DNA from: Penicillus capitatus
Taxonomy: Eukaryota; Plantae; Chlorophyta
Assembly (NCBI GenBank): GCA_965649825.1
Contig: OZ287695.1
Location: 186,001 to 250,000 of the forward strand
Direction of reading: 5' to 3'
Length of the DNA: 64,000 nt
This document shows, piece after piece, positions 46,372 to 59,408 of this stretch. Under the pieces are notes generated by a model, which had not been told where the DNA came from, ran no database searches, and saw only the letters and a program-made list of their open reading frames with translations. Position 1 is the stretch's first letter, and each line of letters opens with the position of its first letter. The translations under genes and the position numbers were made by a program.

Positions 46372-47611
46372 ATGTCGCCTAGAATGCAAAGAAGAGTAGC
46401 AAATGCGATGCTCGGTGTCGTTTCGACCATATGGCTCACGATGCTCGCAGAAGCAGTTCAAAGTAAGACCTCACTCAGTCGACGACAAAGACGAACGTTT
46501 GCTGCAGGAATGAACACCTTTTCTGAGTTGACGGACAAGATCTCGAACATCGGCGGCGTATAGCAACACAGACAGCACAAACCCCTGCGGTTACGATTTA
46601 TCGTGTATGTTGCGCAGGGTGAAGATGCGCCGCCGAACCGTTTTCCTTACGTGTGCTATCTGTCCATTGTGAGAGAGACTTCAGATCATCCCGCATCCAA
46701 TCCCAAGAAAACATACTGCACCGGAGTTCTGTTTCAGAAGGAATGGGTGATCACAGCGGCGCATTGCGTCGAAATGAAGGCAGATCAAAAGCCAGTCGGG
46801 AGAACCCCCACAGTCTGGTGTGACTTGACCGAACGCAGCAAGCGGCACGAGATACAAGTGAGGATTCGTGGGCGGGAGTGGAGAGCATCGACCTGAGGCA
46901 TTCTGTCTGCAGGGTGTGAGCACAGCAGACACACACATACACGAACAATGGAGTGGGGATAGCCACGATGGTTATGACATCGCCGTTCTGAAGCTCGATG
47001 AGGCTTTCGATCTTCCAGTGCCCACTTTTGTTCACGAGACTCGCCATTTCGATGCGAGGCAAGAGTTTACTGCTGTCGGCTGGGGACGGGACTTGAACGA
47101 CAGAAAGGCATCGCGCCTGCAGATGGCAAATAGCTTGAGGTATCTGGCGGATGATAAATGTCGACAAAACTTCAGTTTGCCAGACGATCATTCCACTATC
47201 TGCGCGGACTCGCCGAATAAAACTCAGGACTCCTGCAGCGGTAGTCCACTCCATTCGTGTGCCTTTTTCGAGAAAAGTACTCCGTTGGTTTGGCAGGTGA
47301 CTCTGGAGGTCCATTGCTCATTCCTGATAAGGATGACAAAGGAGAAATAAGCTCAGGGAATCCGGAAGAAGATGTTATCGTCGGAATTAAGTCATTCGGA
47401 AAGAAGAAGTGCAACGGGCGTAATCCAGATGTTTATGCAAATATCGGCCTATTTTGGAACTGGATCACGAAAATCGTCGACGACGTTCGACATTCGATCG
47501 ATCGTGACAATACCCTCTAAATGTCCTTCGTTGTTTTAGGACCAAACTCCCACAACAGAGAATGGAGAGAGTCCTCCACAAGAGGACAGCAACAATCTTA
47601 ACAGCGTCTAA
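46372..47611 (+). CDS. Secreted trypsin-like serine protease T6 (paralogue of T3)
   Basis: A hydrophobic N-terminus is followed by SNIGGG, TAAHC, DGYDIAVLKL and QDSCSG-DSGGP. Confidence 0.88.
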
Positions 47612-48360
47612 AAATGGAACACTCTTCATTGCATGTTACAAACAAGAAGAGTGAGATGTGGAGACAACACAAGTCCTGGGGTGATGATTTACTCCAGGGG
47701 GGTTATTATTATTATTTGAGAAACGGCAAGGCAGCTATGTTTGTAAGTAGCTGACAGAGACAGTCCATTGACGACGACCAGATTGATGCTATCGACAACC
47801 GATCTGTGACGTGACGTTTACAGCTTCCATTCGCGTGCAGCCGAAAAGCTCACAGCAAAGCATCGCATCTTTCCAACTCTCGCACTTGTCGCTCTGGAAA
47901 CAGTTTCACGATTAACTGCGCTAGAGGCAACCCGAAGTCCTCGCCGTCATAAGGCGATCGCGCCTGCGTCCTCAATCAAACCTTTTGTCGTCGTTTTTTT
48001 TTTTCAAACGCGTTCGACTGCGCAGCTGTATGTGATGCAAACCGAGTTTTTATGACAAGTAAATGCCGTAAGAATGGCCTTGCCTGGTGATCTACAATAG
48101 TTTGAGGTTGAAGAACGTTGATGTGTAGGAACAATGATATTCACCAGACAACAGTACTAGGCATCACCAGCTTCACGGCTACTTTTCATTGTTGTTCTCT
48201 CACTCGAGAGACCTCGAGTCATGTTTTTCTGAACGAGAGCTCACAAGCGTGCACTTTGGCGCGAGCGAGGAGCCAACGGCTTCGACAGGGACGTTCGGCA
48301 GTGAAGTACGACAAACGCAACAACGGTGCGCGCACTGACGACCCTGAACTCGCCGCGTCC

Positions 48361-50060
48361 ATGCGCCTGTTATACGAACGCCCTTTTCGCCTGATCTCCA
48401 ACGCTGCACTAACGACAACGATTACGAATGACAATTGGGCCCGAGTGCCGATGAAACGCAAAACCCCTTCGGCAGCAGTCGATGCTTCGACGACGGAGTC
48501 CGGTCGCATAGCCCGGGTCCGTCCCGAACGGTACGTCACTCTTCTCACTCTTAACGAAGTGACAGGCATCCGTGTGACTACAGATACGAACAACAGTTGC
48601 AAGAGAAGGTCGCTAAAGTACAGGAGCTCTTTGCCGATCTCGACATCCCACAGATGGAGATCTTTCGCTCGCCTCCCTCACACTCCCGCCTCAGGTGCGG
48701 CACCGTCGTCCTGCATCACGCATGTCTCGATCAAAGAGTGGCGAAGATGCGAGTTCCGCGTCTTTCACGACGGCGAGGAGTCGTACTACGTAATGTTCGA
48801 GTCCGACGGCGACTCACCCACGCCCAAGATGACGCGAATGGACACCTTTCCCGTGGCCTCGGTGCTCATCAACGAGCTCATGCAGGCGCTGCTCGAGCAC
48901 GTGCATCGCTCTCCCATCCTGCGCCGCCGTCTCTACACAGCAGCCTTTCACACGACGCTGAGTGGTTCGGCCATGGAACGTCGCCCTTCGTCGAGTGCCG
49001 CCTCCGACAGTCATTGTGTGTCGACAGATCACACTGGTCTATCACAAAGCGGTGGACGAAGTGTGGAAGGAAGCTGCCGAGAAGCTCTCGTCCGACTTGG
49101 CCCGCGAATGCCCTGCCTGCCGCGCTGATCGCGTGCAGATCATCGGTCTCGCTCTTCTCCTCCTTCAGCCACCCCGCAAATCGCATCCGTTGCAGGACGC
49201 AGTCGTAAAAGGAAGATCGTCGTCGGCGAGGACTTCGTCACCGAGAGATTCACGGTCCACGACCAGACCTACTCCTACAAGCAGGTACAACCATCGTCAA
49301 TGGCGGCGCGCGGGGGAAGGGGATGGGTGGTGTGTAGGTGGAAGGGTGTTTTTCGCAGCCGAACGGCGAGGTGTGCCAGCACATGTTGTCGTGGGCGCAA
49401 CGCGTCTGCGCTCCGCCCGAGGGCACGGCACCGACGGAGGACCTTCTGGAGCTTTACTGCGGCAACGGCAACTTCACCGTTCCTCTAGCGCGTAACTTCC
49501 GCAGCGTCATCGCCACGGAAGTCTCCCGAGCGGCCGTCGAAGCCGGACACCACAATCTGGCCGCCAACAACGTGCACAACGTCCTGCTGGTCCGTGTCGA
49601 CCCACTGCGTCCACTGGCCTCCCCTCGAGTGGCGGCTCTAGGCGCGGATGTCGAGTGCCGAGTTCGTGGAGAAGTGGAGATCGGGACACCTGGGCCGTAG
49701 GCTGCAGAAGCGTCACGCTTCGGACTTCCATCTCTCGACGCTCTTCGTCGATCCGCCCCGCGCCGGGCTCGACGACGCGACGCTGGAGGTGCGGTCGCAT
49801 CGGCTTCGGCATTTCAGCGAGTCCTGAATCTGCTGTAGTTATTGAAGACGTTTGACAAAGTTCTTTATATCTCATGCAATCCGGCAAGTCTCTCTACCAA
49901 TATCCGTGCGTGTTTGGGCACACATTGCATCCACCATTTTGCGCTATTTGACCAATTTCCTTATACTGGACATGTCGAGTGTGGGATCTATTTGATTAGA
50001 AAAAAATCACCACATCATCATAAAAAGCACTCCCCTTCGCTTATTGTGCCAGTCGAGTGA
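48361..50060 (+). CDS. trmA: tRNA (uracil-5-)-methyltransferase, bacterial TrmA type
   Basis: Motifs are RCEFRVFHDG, FPVASVLINELM, FSQPNGEV, LLELYCGNGNF, LFVDPPRAGLD, LYISCNPASL and FDQFPYTGHVECG. The start is 48361 or 48451. Confidence 0.9.
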
Positions 50061-50205
50061 ACGGACCTCATCTAGAAAAGAGATTGCTGACAGAGGTGTG
50101 GATGGATGATGTTAAAAGAGAATGCTGATCACTGAGTCGGGGTCAATGTCACAGTTGAGTCAGAAAAAGACAAACAAACAAAGAGAGAGAAAAAAGAGAA
50201 TAATA

Positions 50206-53200
50206 TCACACAAATAACGATGCATCGAGATTGAGGCTCTCCTGTCGCTGGATCAAGAATCTTGCGATGACTTGTACGTAAGATCCTGTATCTTTGCCAA
50301 TCACGATGGCAATGTGTGAAGAGTGAGAGGCGGCGCAAGACAACAGAACATTTCGGCAGCATCGCTGACAGTGGTCTGTCCACGAAAGAATAGGGCACTC
50401 CTCATCCTCTGGTATGAGCACTTCGAATAACAAACCGTTGGCACGCAGCGTTGAATTCCGTATCAACAGTAGATCGTCTTTGGGAGACGATGCGAGACGC
50501 ACGAAGACGACGTGTGTGATGCGATGCTCTGCAAGGGACCAAGGATCCTTGGCAGAGGCGAAACGCAGGAGACACACGTTGGCCGAAAGGGGGAGGTGAT
50601 CGCGACGGATCTCGAGATCGTCTTGCCAGGGAACGGGCGACATCTCGTGCGTTAAGCTTGGATGGTGGGCGGACGATCGGGCGTGCCCTTCCGGCGCGGC
50701 AAAGAGCATCCTGCCAGTCTCGGGAAGGGCATGCGTGGAGAGCAAGTGATCCACCCACTCGGCCACGGCCTTTAGCGGCGCTCGCATCGAGGGATTCCGC
50801 ACCAGCAGATAACTCAGACAGATCCAGGCGGCTTCTCGCACTTCTGCTGGAATCTTGTTCACTTTGATCGGATCGACCAGGGTCCTGGACGTCGTGGTGA
50901 GGCGCGTGTGGAACTCGCTGTAGTCCGAGTCGTCGAAGAGGAGCTCTCCGGTGAGGAGCTCGTAGAAGAGGCAGCCGAGGGACCAGGCATCGGACGGCAC
51001 GCCGGGAGTCATCCGTCTTCCGGCGCTGCCCGAGACCAGCATCTCTGGACTCATGAACGCCTGGGTGCCTCGGGAACGCTGGAGCCCCTCGGAGACGCGC
51101 TCTGCAAACATCGCCTCGCCAAAATCGCCCAGAATCAAACGGAACGGCAGTTCGGCGCCGTCGCTCCACTCGTATAGACTGGACACCCCGTCCAGAGGCT
51201 CCAGCAGAATATTGCTGCACTTGAGGTCGAAGTGCACGATGCCGGACGCGTGCAGCGCATCGACCGTTCTCAGTATCTCCGCAAAGATCCTGAACAGCAT
51301 CCGGGCGCCACGTTTCAGACCTCCCGTCACTTGCTCTCTCCACGTCATCAGGTCCATCCTGTACAGCTTCATAACGATGTAGAGGTTGTCCTCTGACGTC
51401 CCCACATCGTACAGCCTCACTGTCTGAGGCAGAGACTGGACCCGCTGCAGGACGGCGAGCTCCATAAAGAGGTCTTTCAGCGATCGCATGCCGTAGAGGT
51501 CTTTGGGCAGATCGATGACTTTGACGCAGCAGAGAGACGGCCCGCCGGTCACGGGACAAGCGCACTCGTGGATGGACGAGAAGACACCTCGAGCGATTCT
51601 CCTGGATGAGGGGTAGTGCTGTTCGTCGAAAAGCGACTTCGTCATCATCTTGAGCAGGAGATAGGTCTGAGGAAGGTGGTGCTGTATGGACCAGTCCTTT
51701 AGCATCATGACGACGTCTCTGGGGACGTAGTGGAAATGTCTGTGCAGTCCGATGGCGATCATACGCGTCAAGGGCCGTTCTTTGGCTTCGTTGGAATAGT
51801 CCGCCGAGAGGAAACGCAAGAACGTCTTAAGAATGGCGGCATGGATGGCGGCTTCGTTCAGAACGCGATCGCATGCACTGAGCTTGAACCTTGAGAGAAG
51901 AGACGTCATCGACTCCGACGCGACGTCATCGGACCGAACGCCCGATTGCTTTCCGTTCAGAATCCACTCCAGTTCGGCCTCCTTGGCGTCTGTACTGTAG
52001 GAACCGGCATAGACTGTCTCTGCCGTGCCAGATGCGTCATCGCCCGATTCGCTTTCGGGACTGTTCCCCTCTGCGTGCTCCTGAGAGAAGAGGACGATGT
52101 TGGGCAGCGGATGCTGCATCGACAGATGGTCTGTGGATGGAGAGCTTGTCTCGTTGCCGACCGCAACGAGATCGCCCACCAAGTGCCGCATGGCAAGCGA
52201 GACCCTGGAGTGTCGCCTGTCGAAGGAGTGCATCCTATGGAACGCTGCGGTATCTGGGGATATGGACTGCAGCTGATGCGCCGATGACGTTATCTCGTCC
52301 ACAGCGGAAGCGGAGTGCGCCCGTTTGTCGAGCGTGATCGTGATCCGCTTCAGCGATGGCTTCCCGGCAGAGTAGTTTCCTGAACTCATTTCGATGGAGC
52401 TCTCCATATCCGCCGATTCTCTGGAGTGGTCACTCGTGAGGCAGTGATGAAAGTAGGTCCTGCGTTCTTCATTGGACGGCAGCTGAAGCGACGGGACGTC
52501 GTCGTGAACCGAACGCGAAGGCTCGTGACCATAGAGCTCCGAACGCATGATATCGACATCACTAGGCGGCATCCAACTGGCACCCGTTCCAGAATCTTGA
52601 TTGGGTATTGGGGTCCCCTGTCTGAGGACATCTGGAGGCGAGAATGCGCCAGACTGATCCGAAATCTGCGAGAGTGGACGGACGGCATACTCCGAACTGT
52701 AGACCGTCGATGCCACGCTGCGTCGGCCCTGTTGCCACTCCCGTACGAGATTGAGTGATCCGAGATTGAGCGTCGGGATGATGAGGCTCTGCGAAGACGG
52801 CGCCGCGGCGTTCTCTTGTATCTCGGCGTCCTGCCCGGATCGAACCTCCCCGAGCTTCGGCGGCGATTCTGATGCGCGGCGTAGATCGACAGGGAAGCTG
52901 CTGATCTCGGGATCCTGTTGCTTGGCCTTCTGCATCGAGGTGCCCTGGGAATCACGACTGTCCGATTCCGAACTGCGCTCCTCTGCTGCGATCTCTGTAT
53001 TACGATAGCGGACGATACGCGTTTTGCTGGATCCAGGTTTCGACGCCTGCCAATCTTCCAAGGTGATCGAACTGAGCGGGACCGTCCTGTCCGTCAGGTT
53101 ACCGTCGCTGCTCCCCCCAGGCCCTTCGATTGGCTCCAACCAGCCAAGCGTCGCGAGCAGTCCATCCAAGAAGGACTGGACCATTGAGATGGAGGCGTCG

Positions 53201-55225
53201 GTGACGTGACCGCACACGACGGTTACGACATCGAGCGCCGCCACCATCCATTCCGTCTCACTCTGATGTCCAGCACGATTGAGCGCATCCCTCAGCCACC
53301 TCAACAGCTTCAGAAAGATATCGATACGATCGTAGAGTAGACAGTGAGGACTGTCGAGATAGACAGACATGAATTTGAGATTGGCCAGTGCGTGAGGCAC
53401 GGACGTTGTATGGATCTGATAGGGATCAATCATCTCCTGCATAAATTGCTCCTCCAGTTCCGTCAGTACTGCTTGAGATGGGTCTCTTCGTTGTTCCCAT
53501 CGACAGACGGACGCCAGCGCAGTCAACAGTTTCCAGCATTGAAGGGTCCATAGACTACCCTCTTCTTCGCACATTCGATCCATCTCCTGGCGCTCGAATA
53601 TCCACTCCAAAGCGCGAAAAATATTCCCGACGAGATTGGTCTGGACAAAGTGCTTTAGGAGATCCAGCGGAAACGGCCTGGATCGTGTCAGAAGGGACTC
53701 CAGCAGATCATAGGCAGCTAAACACACAGGCATCTTGCATCCAGATTCAATTTCGCTCGAGGCCAGTGGCCATTGAACGGCGAGAAAACAACGTTTCAAA
53801 TGCGTGGCGGTGAGATCTGATAGAATAGAAGTGGGCGTCGATGTCACGAGATCTGTCAGCAGCGAGAATCCGGTAGACATGAGCGGATGTTGCCCTTGGT
53901 TCTTGCACATTGTCTCCAGGACCTGTCGTACGAAACTGTCCACCACTTTGAGTTCGATGTCGGACTTGTAAGCATGAAAATGAGGAACGTTAGAAAAGGA
54001 GGCTTGAATCGGATGATGGTACATATGCTCGTGGACATTGGCCAGAACGAGGCGCACGACAAAAAACCAACCGCTCTCCTGGTCTTGATCCGATCGGGGA
54101 TGCCGATCCGATCGCTCTTGGTAGTACTCCATGATGCCGCGATCCACAAAGGCCAATAGCAGAGTGGTCAGATGTCCGTTGCGAAATTGGGCGCCGTGGT
54201 TGTTGAGAGGTGAGAGGAGGAGAAGATTTTTGAGGATGGAGATTTGAGCGAGCGGATGTTCGGGTGGATGCCGACGCACGGGCAGAGGAGGGATTCTCCA
54301 GGCTACGGTTGCCACTTCCGGCAAACGCAGCTGCTCGTTTATGATATAGACTGGTGGAACTTGGAGATGCTGAGGCTCCGAGAGCACCCCTTCGCTATCA
54401 TCTATGTCACACATTTGACGATAACCGTCGGAAGGATCAAAAGAATCAGCTTACCGAACGAGATCGTTCTTCTCGGGCTCGATGAACTCGAGACCAATAG
54501 CAGTCGAGCAAAGGTCTGTGCCAGGTCAAACTGCTCAATCGCGACTTTTCTGAAGGTGAGGTCGTCGATGAGGTGAGAGAGCAGGACCAAAACGGAGCGG
54601 CATTGCAATCCGTACTGCTGCAGCGCTCGGCAGACGTAGAGGATCAATGCTTTGGATGCCATCTGTTTCTCATACAGCATCAGCGCCTTGCAGACCTTTC
54701 TGATATGATGAAACAGTCCATGGGTATGGTTCTTTGTGGGGTCCAGCAATAACGCCAGAAGCCGTGGCACCAAACCAAACTGTATCCACAGCGCCGCCGC
54801 CGGATTCGATGTCCTGTACATACAGACACTCGGACTGAAGCTGCGGGGAAGGTGGCGGCGGGGTTGCCTGGTTCTGAGAGTGGATTGACGACTCATGCTC
54901 GACACTATGAGCTGCAGTCCCTGGATATTCTCGGGAGTCTCGACCGAATCGTCCAGTTTTCTTAGAGTCGACAGAAGGAACTGTTCCTTACGGGGAGCCA
55001 GATATCGTTGTCCTGTATCGCGTTGCAAGGTTGCCTCTAAGATGCACACGGCATCGGACAGTTCACTAATGTTGACACCTTTCGCCGTCAAACAATGGCT
55101 GCCATCTCACACTTTGGTCAGTCACACATTGTGCTTGGAGTGAGAGGCAGGGAGGATTACCACGAAGAGGAGGGCTGGTCGTAGATGAGCTGAAGCGAAG
55201 CGTCTTTTACATTTAAATCGATCAT
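50206..55225 (-). CDS. Large Ser/Thr protein kinase with a helical N-terminal region and a degenerate DSP-like C-terminal domain
   Basis: A 1402-aa open exon contains IARGVF, VKV, HFDLKCSNILL, GDFGEA, GTQAFMSPE and SDAWSLGCLFYELLTG. Upstream exons and the start codon are tentative. Confidence 0.8.
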
Positions 55226-55269
55226 CGCCGTTGTTTGATCCGAACACACAAACTCAACACCCTGTCACA

Positions 55270-56126
55270 TCACATCTCACTCTTTCTCTCGAGAACGCAC
55301 ACGTACTTGATCGGTGCTGTGGATGGTGACAGCATTGAGATTCGGAACGTGGACTGTATCAACCACACAAAGAGTGAGATAGCAGGCAAAAGAGTGAGGG
55401 ATTGACGCTTGGGGTTGTGTAATGCAGAGTTCCATGTAAGATCAATTGTCAGCTTCTTCAATTGAGGAATCAAATAAGAGATCACTTTTTCAATCAAACG
55501 AAAATGCCTTGGAGAAACTTCGCCATAACACATGGTGGTATCCTAACCGCACATCACACTTTTCACACACATCAAAAGAGTGAGAAGCTGTCACATCATT
55601 TGCAGAGGGTCGATTTCGTCTACGACACGTCCAATTCTCTAGCGAAATCGCAATGTACTTATGAATCCATCGATCGAACAATCTGTCACTCTTTATCATA
55701 CAGGAAGCTGCGGAGAAGCTGTCCGGTGTCACTTGTATGAGAGATACAGTGAGGGCTGATTTGATTGCAGCAATGCCCACAAGACAGTCGTCGAATGCGT
55801 GTACTGAACGCACAATCGCCTCAGGCACCGCGTCGACTCTTCGCGTCCAGTACTTTAAGATCTTCCTGGCTGTGCAGCACGAGGATTCGTTTGGAGCGCC
55901 GTGGCGATGATGGATGACTCGGTTTCCAGAATTGCTTCTCGCTAAGCATCGCCTGTCCAACGCGTGGGCGTTCCGTTCGCTGTGCATGGCCAAAGAGTCC
56001 TTGGTAATGCATCGTCTCTAAGAAAAGGGCACGGCCACACGATGGAGGATACAGCCGAACGTCGATGTCGGTTGCCAATCGATGCACTAAATGACGAGCA
56101 TTAAGCGCATCTAATCCGACGGACAT
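55270..56126 (-). CDS. Possible uncharacterised multi-exon gene
   Basis: An ATG at 56126 opens MSVGLDALNARHLVHRLATDID, followed by a good 43-nt GT-AG intron and in-frame continuation, with further intron-like blocks. No family was recognised. Confidence 0.4.
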
Positions 56127-57055
56127 GTTGGCACGAGCCACTTACACGCACACCCTACCACACCTCACCTCGGCGCCGCGGGCGGCTCTTCCCAAACGTC
56201 GTCTTTTGGGCGTGTTGCGTGTGGAGTCGGTGGAGGGCGGAGAGAAGAGAGCCGTACGACGCGGCGATACCGAAGCGGCGTATTTGACAGACGTCGATGG
56301 CGGATTCAGTCTGACCCAAGTGTCGTTCGGCACGATTTTGTCGCCGATCGGCGTGGGGCTGATGGTCTTCGGCTTCTGTGCCTATTTCGATTTCATTCCA
56401 GGTCGCCGAGATGCTCTCCGCATGATTTCGCAATGATGTGACAGGTGGAGATGTCTCGCCCCTCTTGCTGATCTATGGATTTCCGCTGTCTCTCCTCGGC
56501 TTTGCCCTTAAGTACGCCGAGCTCGAGCCAGTGACCTGCCAGACGACACAGGCGGCCCTGGACCTGCGCCCGACGCAGATGACAGACATCCAACAGCAAG
56601 TCCGCGAAGATACCACGCGTTACAGGTACCCCAAAAAGAGTGAGATCTTGATGAGTGGTGTGAATTGTGTGAGGTATGGGGATGAGCAGCATCTGGAGGA
56701 AGCCCTGGATCGGATCTTTCGTTTCGGCCGCTCCGGAGCGATCCCCCGTCGACTCTGCCCCGTTCTCAAGGGTCTGCGCGAAGAGACGCGATTGGTCGAT
56801 GGCACCGAAGGGCCGCTCTACACACTGGTGCTCGAATTCGAGACCAGTCTGAGCCAGGAGCAATGGGAGAGTGTTCTGCCCAAGTTCCAGAGCTTCTTCG
56901 GTCCAGGCATCCTGGCAGAGCTTACTATGCGCGACACCGGCGCCGACATCGATCTCATCGCTGATGGGACAGGCGCCGGAAAGACAGATACCGAACGCAG
57001 AGACGTGCTGCCGCCGCTGCTTCCCGGTCTGGCCCCCAGAAGACAACAGGAATAA
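56125..57055 (+). CDS. APE1: Thylakoid protein APE1 (slr0575/DUF2854 family)
   Basis: A transit peptide is followed by LLIYGFPLSLLGFALKYAELEP, VREDTTRYRYGDEQHLEEAL, YTLVLEF and KFQSFFGPG. Confidence 0.92.
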
Positions 57056-57108
57056 GAGAAGCGACTTCTATACACGGCACAGTGATCTCTGCGATCACAC
57101 GCGCTCTT

Positions 57109-59287
57109 CTACAGCATCAGTCTGCGTTGTGGTTCTTTGGACTGAATTTTGTTTTCGAACAGATCTTCCCGCACCATCTTCTCCACGTCCGCCACCTCAT
57201 ACTTTAGATACTTCTCCGGATTCTTCGTAAAGTTTGCGTTCTTGAAGGTATCGTAGAAGAGCTCGTAAGCAGGGATCACACGCTGCACGACGCGTTCCCG
57301 TACGATGCTCTTCAGATCTGGATCGGGCACGATCCATTCCATCTGTGTGGCGTGGATCTCTTCGATCGCGTTATTGAACACCTTGAAGCGTTCCTTGATG
57401 GCCGACTTGCGACGCTGGAAATTATTTTGTGTGACGTCGTCGGCTTCGGTATCCAGCCCCCGGATCAGCGGCTCCCACGTGATGACGTGGTACTGCTCGG
57501 CGTAGTCCTGTACGATCGTCTTCTGTCGATCGACCCATGGCTGGCCCAAGAGCTCCAACGCCTTGCTCTGCTCGACGGACGTCACGATAAAATTGACGTT
57601 GTTCATCATGAAGAGATGCGCCAGGGCCTTGGACTTGTATCCCCTCGACTTCGCCTCCAGATTGTCCTGCATCGCAGACGTCGTGCGAGGCGGCGGTAGG
57701 GAAGCGTCGAGACAGACCTGCAGGATCATGAGAATACGGACCATACTGCTCGACATATGGTTTCCGATCTGAAACTGAGAGGACTCTGCCGATGCGGCGA
57801 CGGAACTGCCGTACAACACTTTCATGAAGTTGGCGTGCTTGAAGAGGCGCTTGAAGAAAGTGAGCGTGCTTGCCGTCAACGGGTGCACTGTTCCGTCCTG
57901 CACCTCTTTCTTGCTCGAGTCTTCCTTTACCGAATTCTGAAACGCATCGAACAGCACACCGGAGGCATCTGTCACATCACATTCAGATGACGGTTAGAAG
58001 GTGTGATACTGTCGTGTGACCTTCGATCTCTTTCAGGAGATCTGTCAGATCATGATGCTGCGACCAGCATGGGGTGTCGGAGACGACGCCTTCCAGAGCA
58101 TTCAGTACCTACACCTGTCACATCATGACTACGCCGCCGCCAGAAGGTCGGATGACAGACGTGCTCCAGTGCTTGGTGCATGTCGAGGAGGGCGAAGAGT
58201 TTCTGCGGCTTGTGGCTCGTTTTGAGGATGTCTCGGCCGAAGGAGGCCACACGTAACAGGACTTCGTTGACCACTCGAGAGAAGACACTGTCTGTGGCAG
58301 ATTCGGAGAAGATGCGACGGACGAGGGATTTTTCGGCGCTCAGGACAACCACCAGTGCCGAAACCATTTCGATCCATCTCTTGATCTTCTCCTCCAGCTG
58401 TTCCAAACTCATCATCTGCAGTTCCGCATAGGCGGCTGTCTGTAGACCCATTTCGGATAACATCTTCTGCATGGCCTGACCACGCAGATCGCTGTAGACT
58501 TTGATGGCACGCTGATGTGCCCCTTTCAACATCGCTTTGGACAAAACCTGCCGTCCGTGCGTCACAGATAACGCGAGCAAGCGGATGGCGTGCCTGGAGA
58601 CGAGGGATGTACGCTACGGAGACCACTTCCAACTCGCCCTTCTCGACGCCTTCGGCCAGCATCTCACGGGAGAGAATCTGCCGTGGGCGATCGCCGGGTG
58701 GTATAAGTGAGAAGACGGGCGGGGTCACACTTTTGAGCCATTGGTAAGAGTGAGAGCGTAATCTGATTCGCAGGCGTTCATAGCATCGTTCCAGAGTTTC
58801 TCCGAATGATGAATGGCTTCTTTGACACTGTTCAGCATTTGATTGGACCACAGTACCGAATTCGCCGCTGCACAGATCTCACACTTTGATTTCTGATCCA
58901 TTGAGTGAGAAACAGCACCTTCCAGTTCATCGATGGCCGCGAGAAAGGCTTCCATGTTCTGTCCAGGGCCTCCTTGTATGGTGCTCTACACTGGACGACG
59001 GTTAGCCTGTGAGCTAAAGTACTGCAGCTGGCGGCGACCTGGAGGCGGCGTGACATGTCTAGGCTTGTCGCTATCTGGTCACAGCGCTCCCGTGCCTGAC
59101 GGATGTTGCGCGAGGCTGTCGTCAGTGTTCGTGCGCGTTCGCGTATGGGCGCCGTTTTGCTCGAATAGACGCCGAGCGTCGTGGCGCAGTCGGAAAGAAT
59201 CTTGGCGGCGTCAGAAGTGATACGTCCTCCGCATTCCAGCGCTTCCTCGAGCTCGCGCATCCGAACGGCCAGTTTTTCAGACGACAT
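57109..59287 (-). CDS. EXO70: Exocyst subunit Exo70
   Basis: Motifs are GTVHPLTASTL, ALAHLFMMNNVNFIV, IKERFKVFNNAIEEIHATQMEWIVPDPDL and KNPEKYLKY, with an N-terminal coiled coil. Confidence 0.92.
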
Positions 59288-59408
59288 CGCGTCGGGTTGC
59301 GTCAGTGCGCCGGCGCGACATCCCCAAGGCAGAGCACGATGACGTGACGTGTCTTGCGTCTCGGACGGATTGCACGAAGCTGTGGTGGTGAGATGGGGCC
59401 TTCCTGTT

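Larger units (their letters stand above)
42301..47830 (+). repeat. Segmental duplication, copy B (NACHT relic, T5, T6)
   Basis: It is collinear with 27800-33730 and includes near-identical non-coding sequence (43480-43900 vs 28500-28920). Confidence 0.88.

Noticed and set aside
27800-47830. The duplication as an assembly artefact (uncollapsed haplotypes)
   Set aside because: The copies differ by two TSD-flanked insertions, different HEAT repeats, different spacers and substantially diverged T3/T6 genes. Different genes lie between them. Long reads should still confirm it.
48118-49128. 336-aa ORF as an independent gene
   Set aside because: It is a chance read-through of upstream sequence, TrmA exons and frame-compatible introns. 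The spliced TrmA model explains the conserved parts.
50402-51565. 387-aa alternative-frame ORF inside the kinase, and similar overlapping ORFs (44558-45355, 15634-16392, 56393-57046, 9621-10295)
   Set aside because: These are shadow ORFs of GC-rich coding exons, Arg/Pro-rich with no recognisable motifs.
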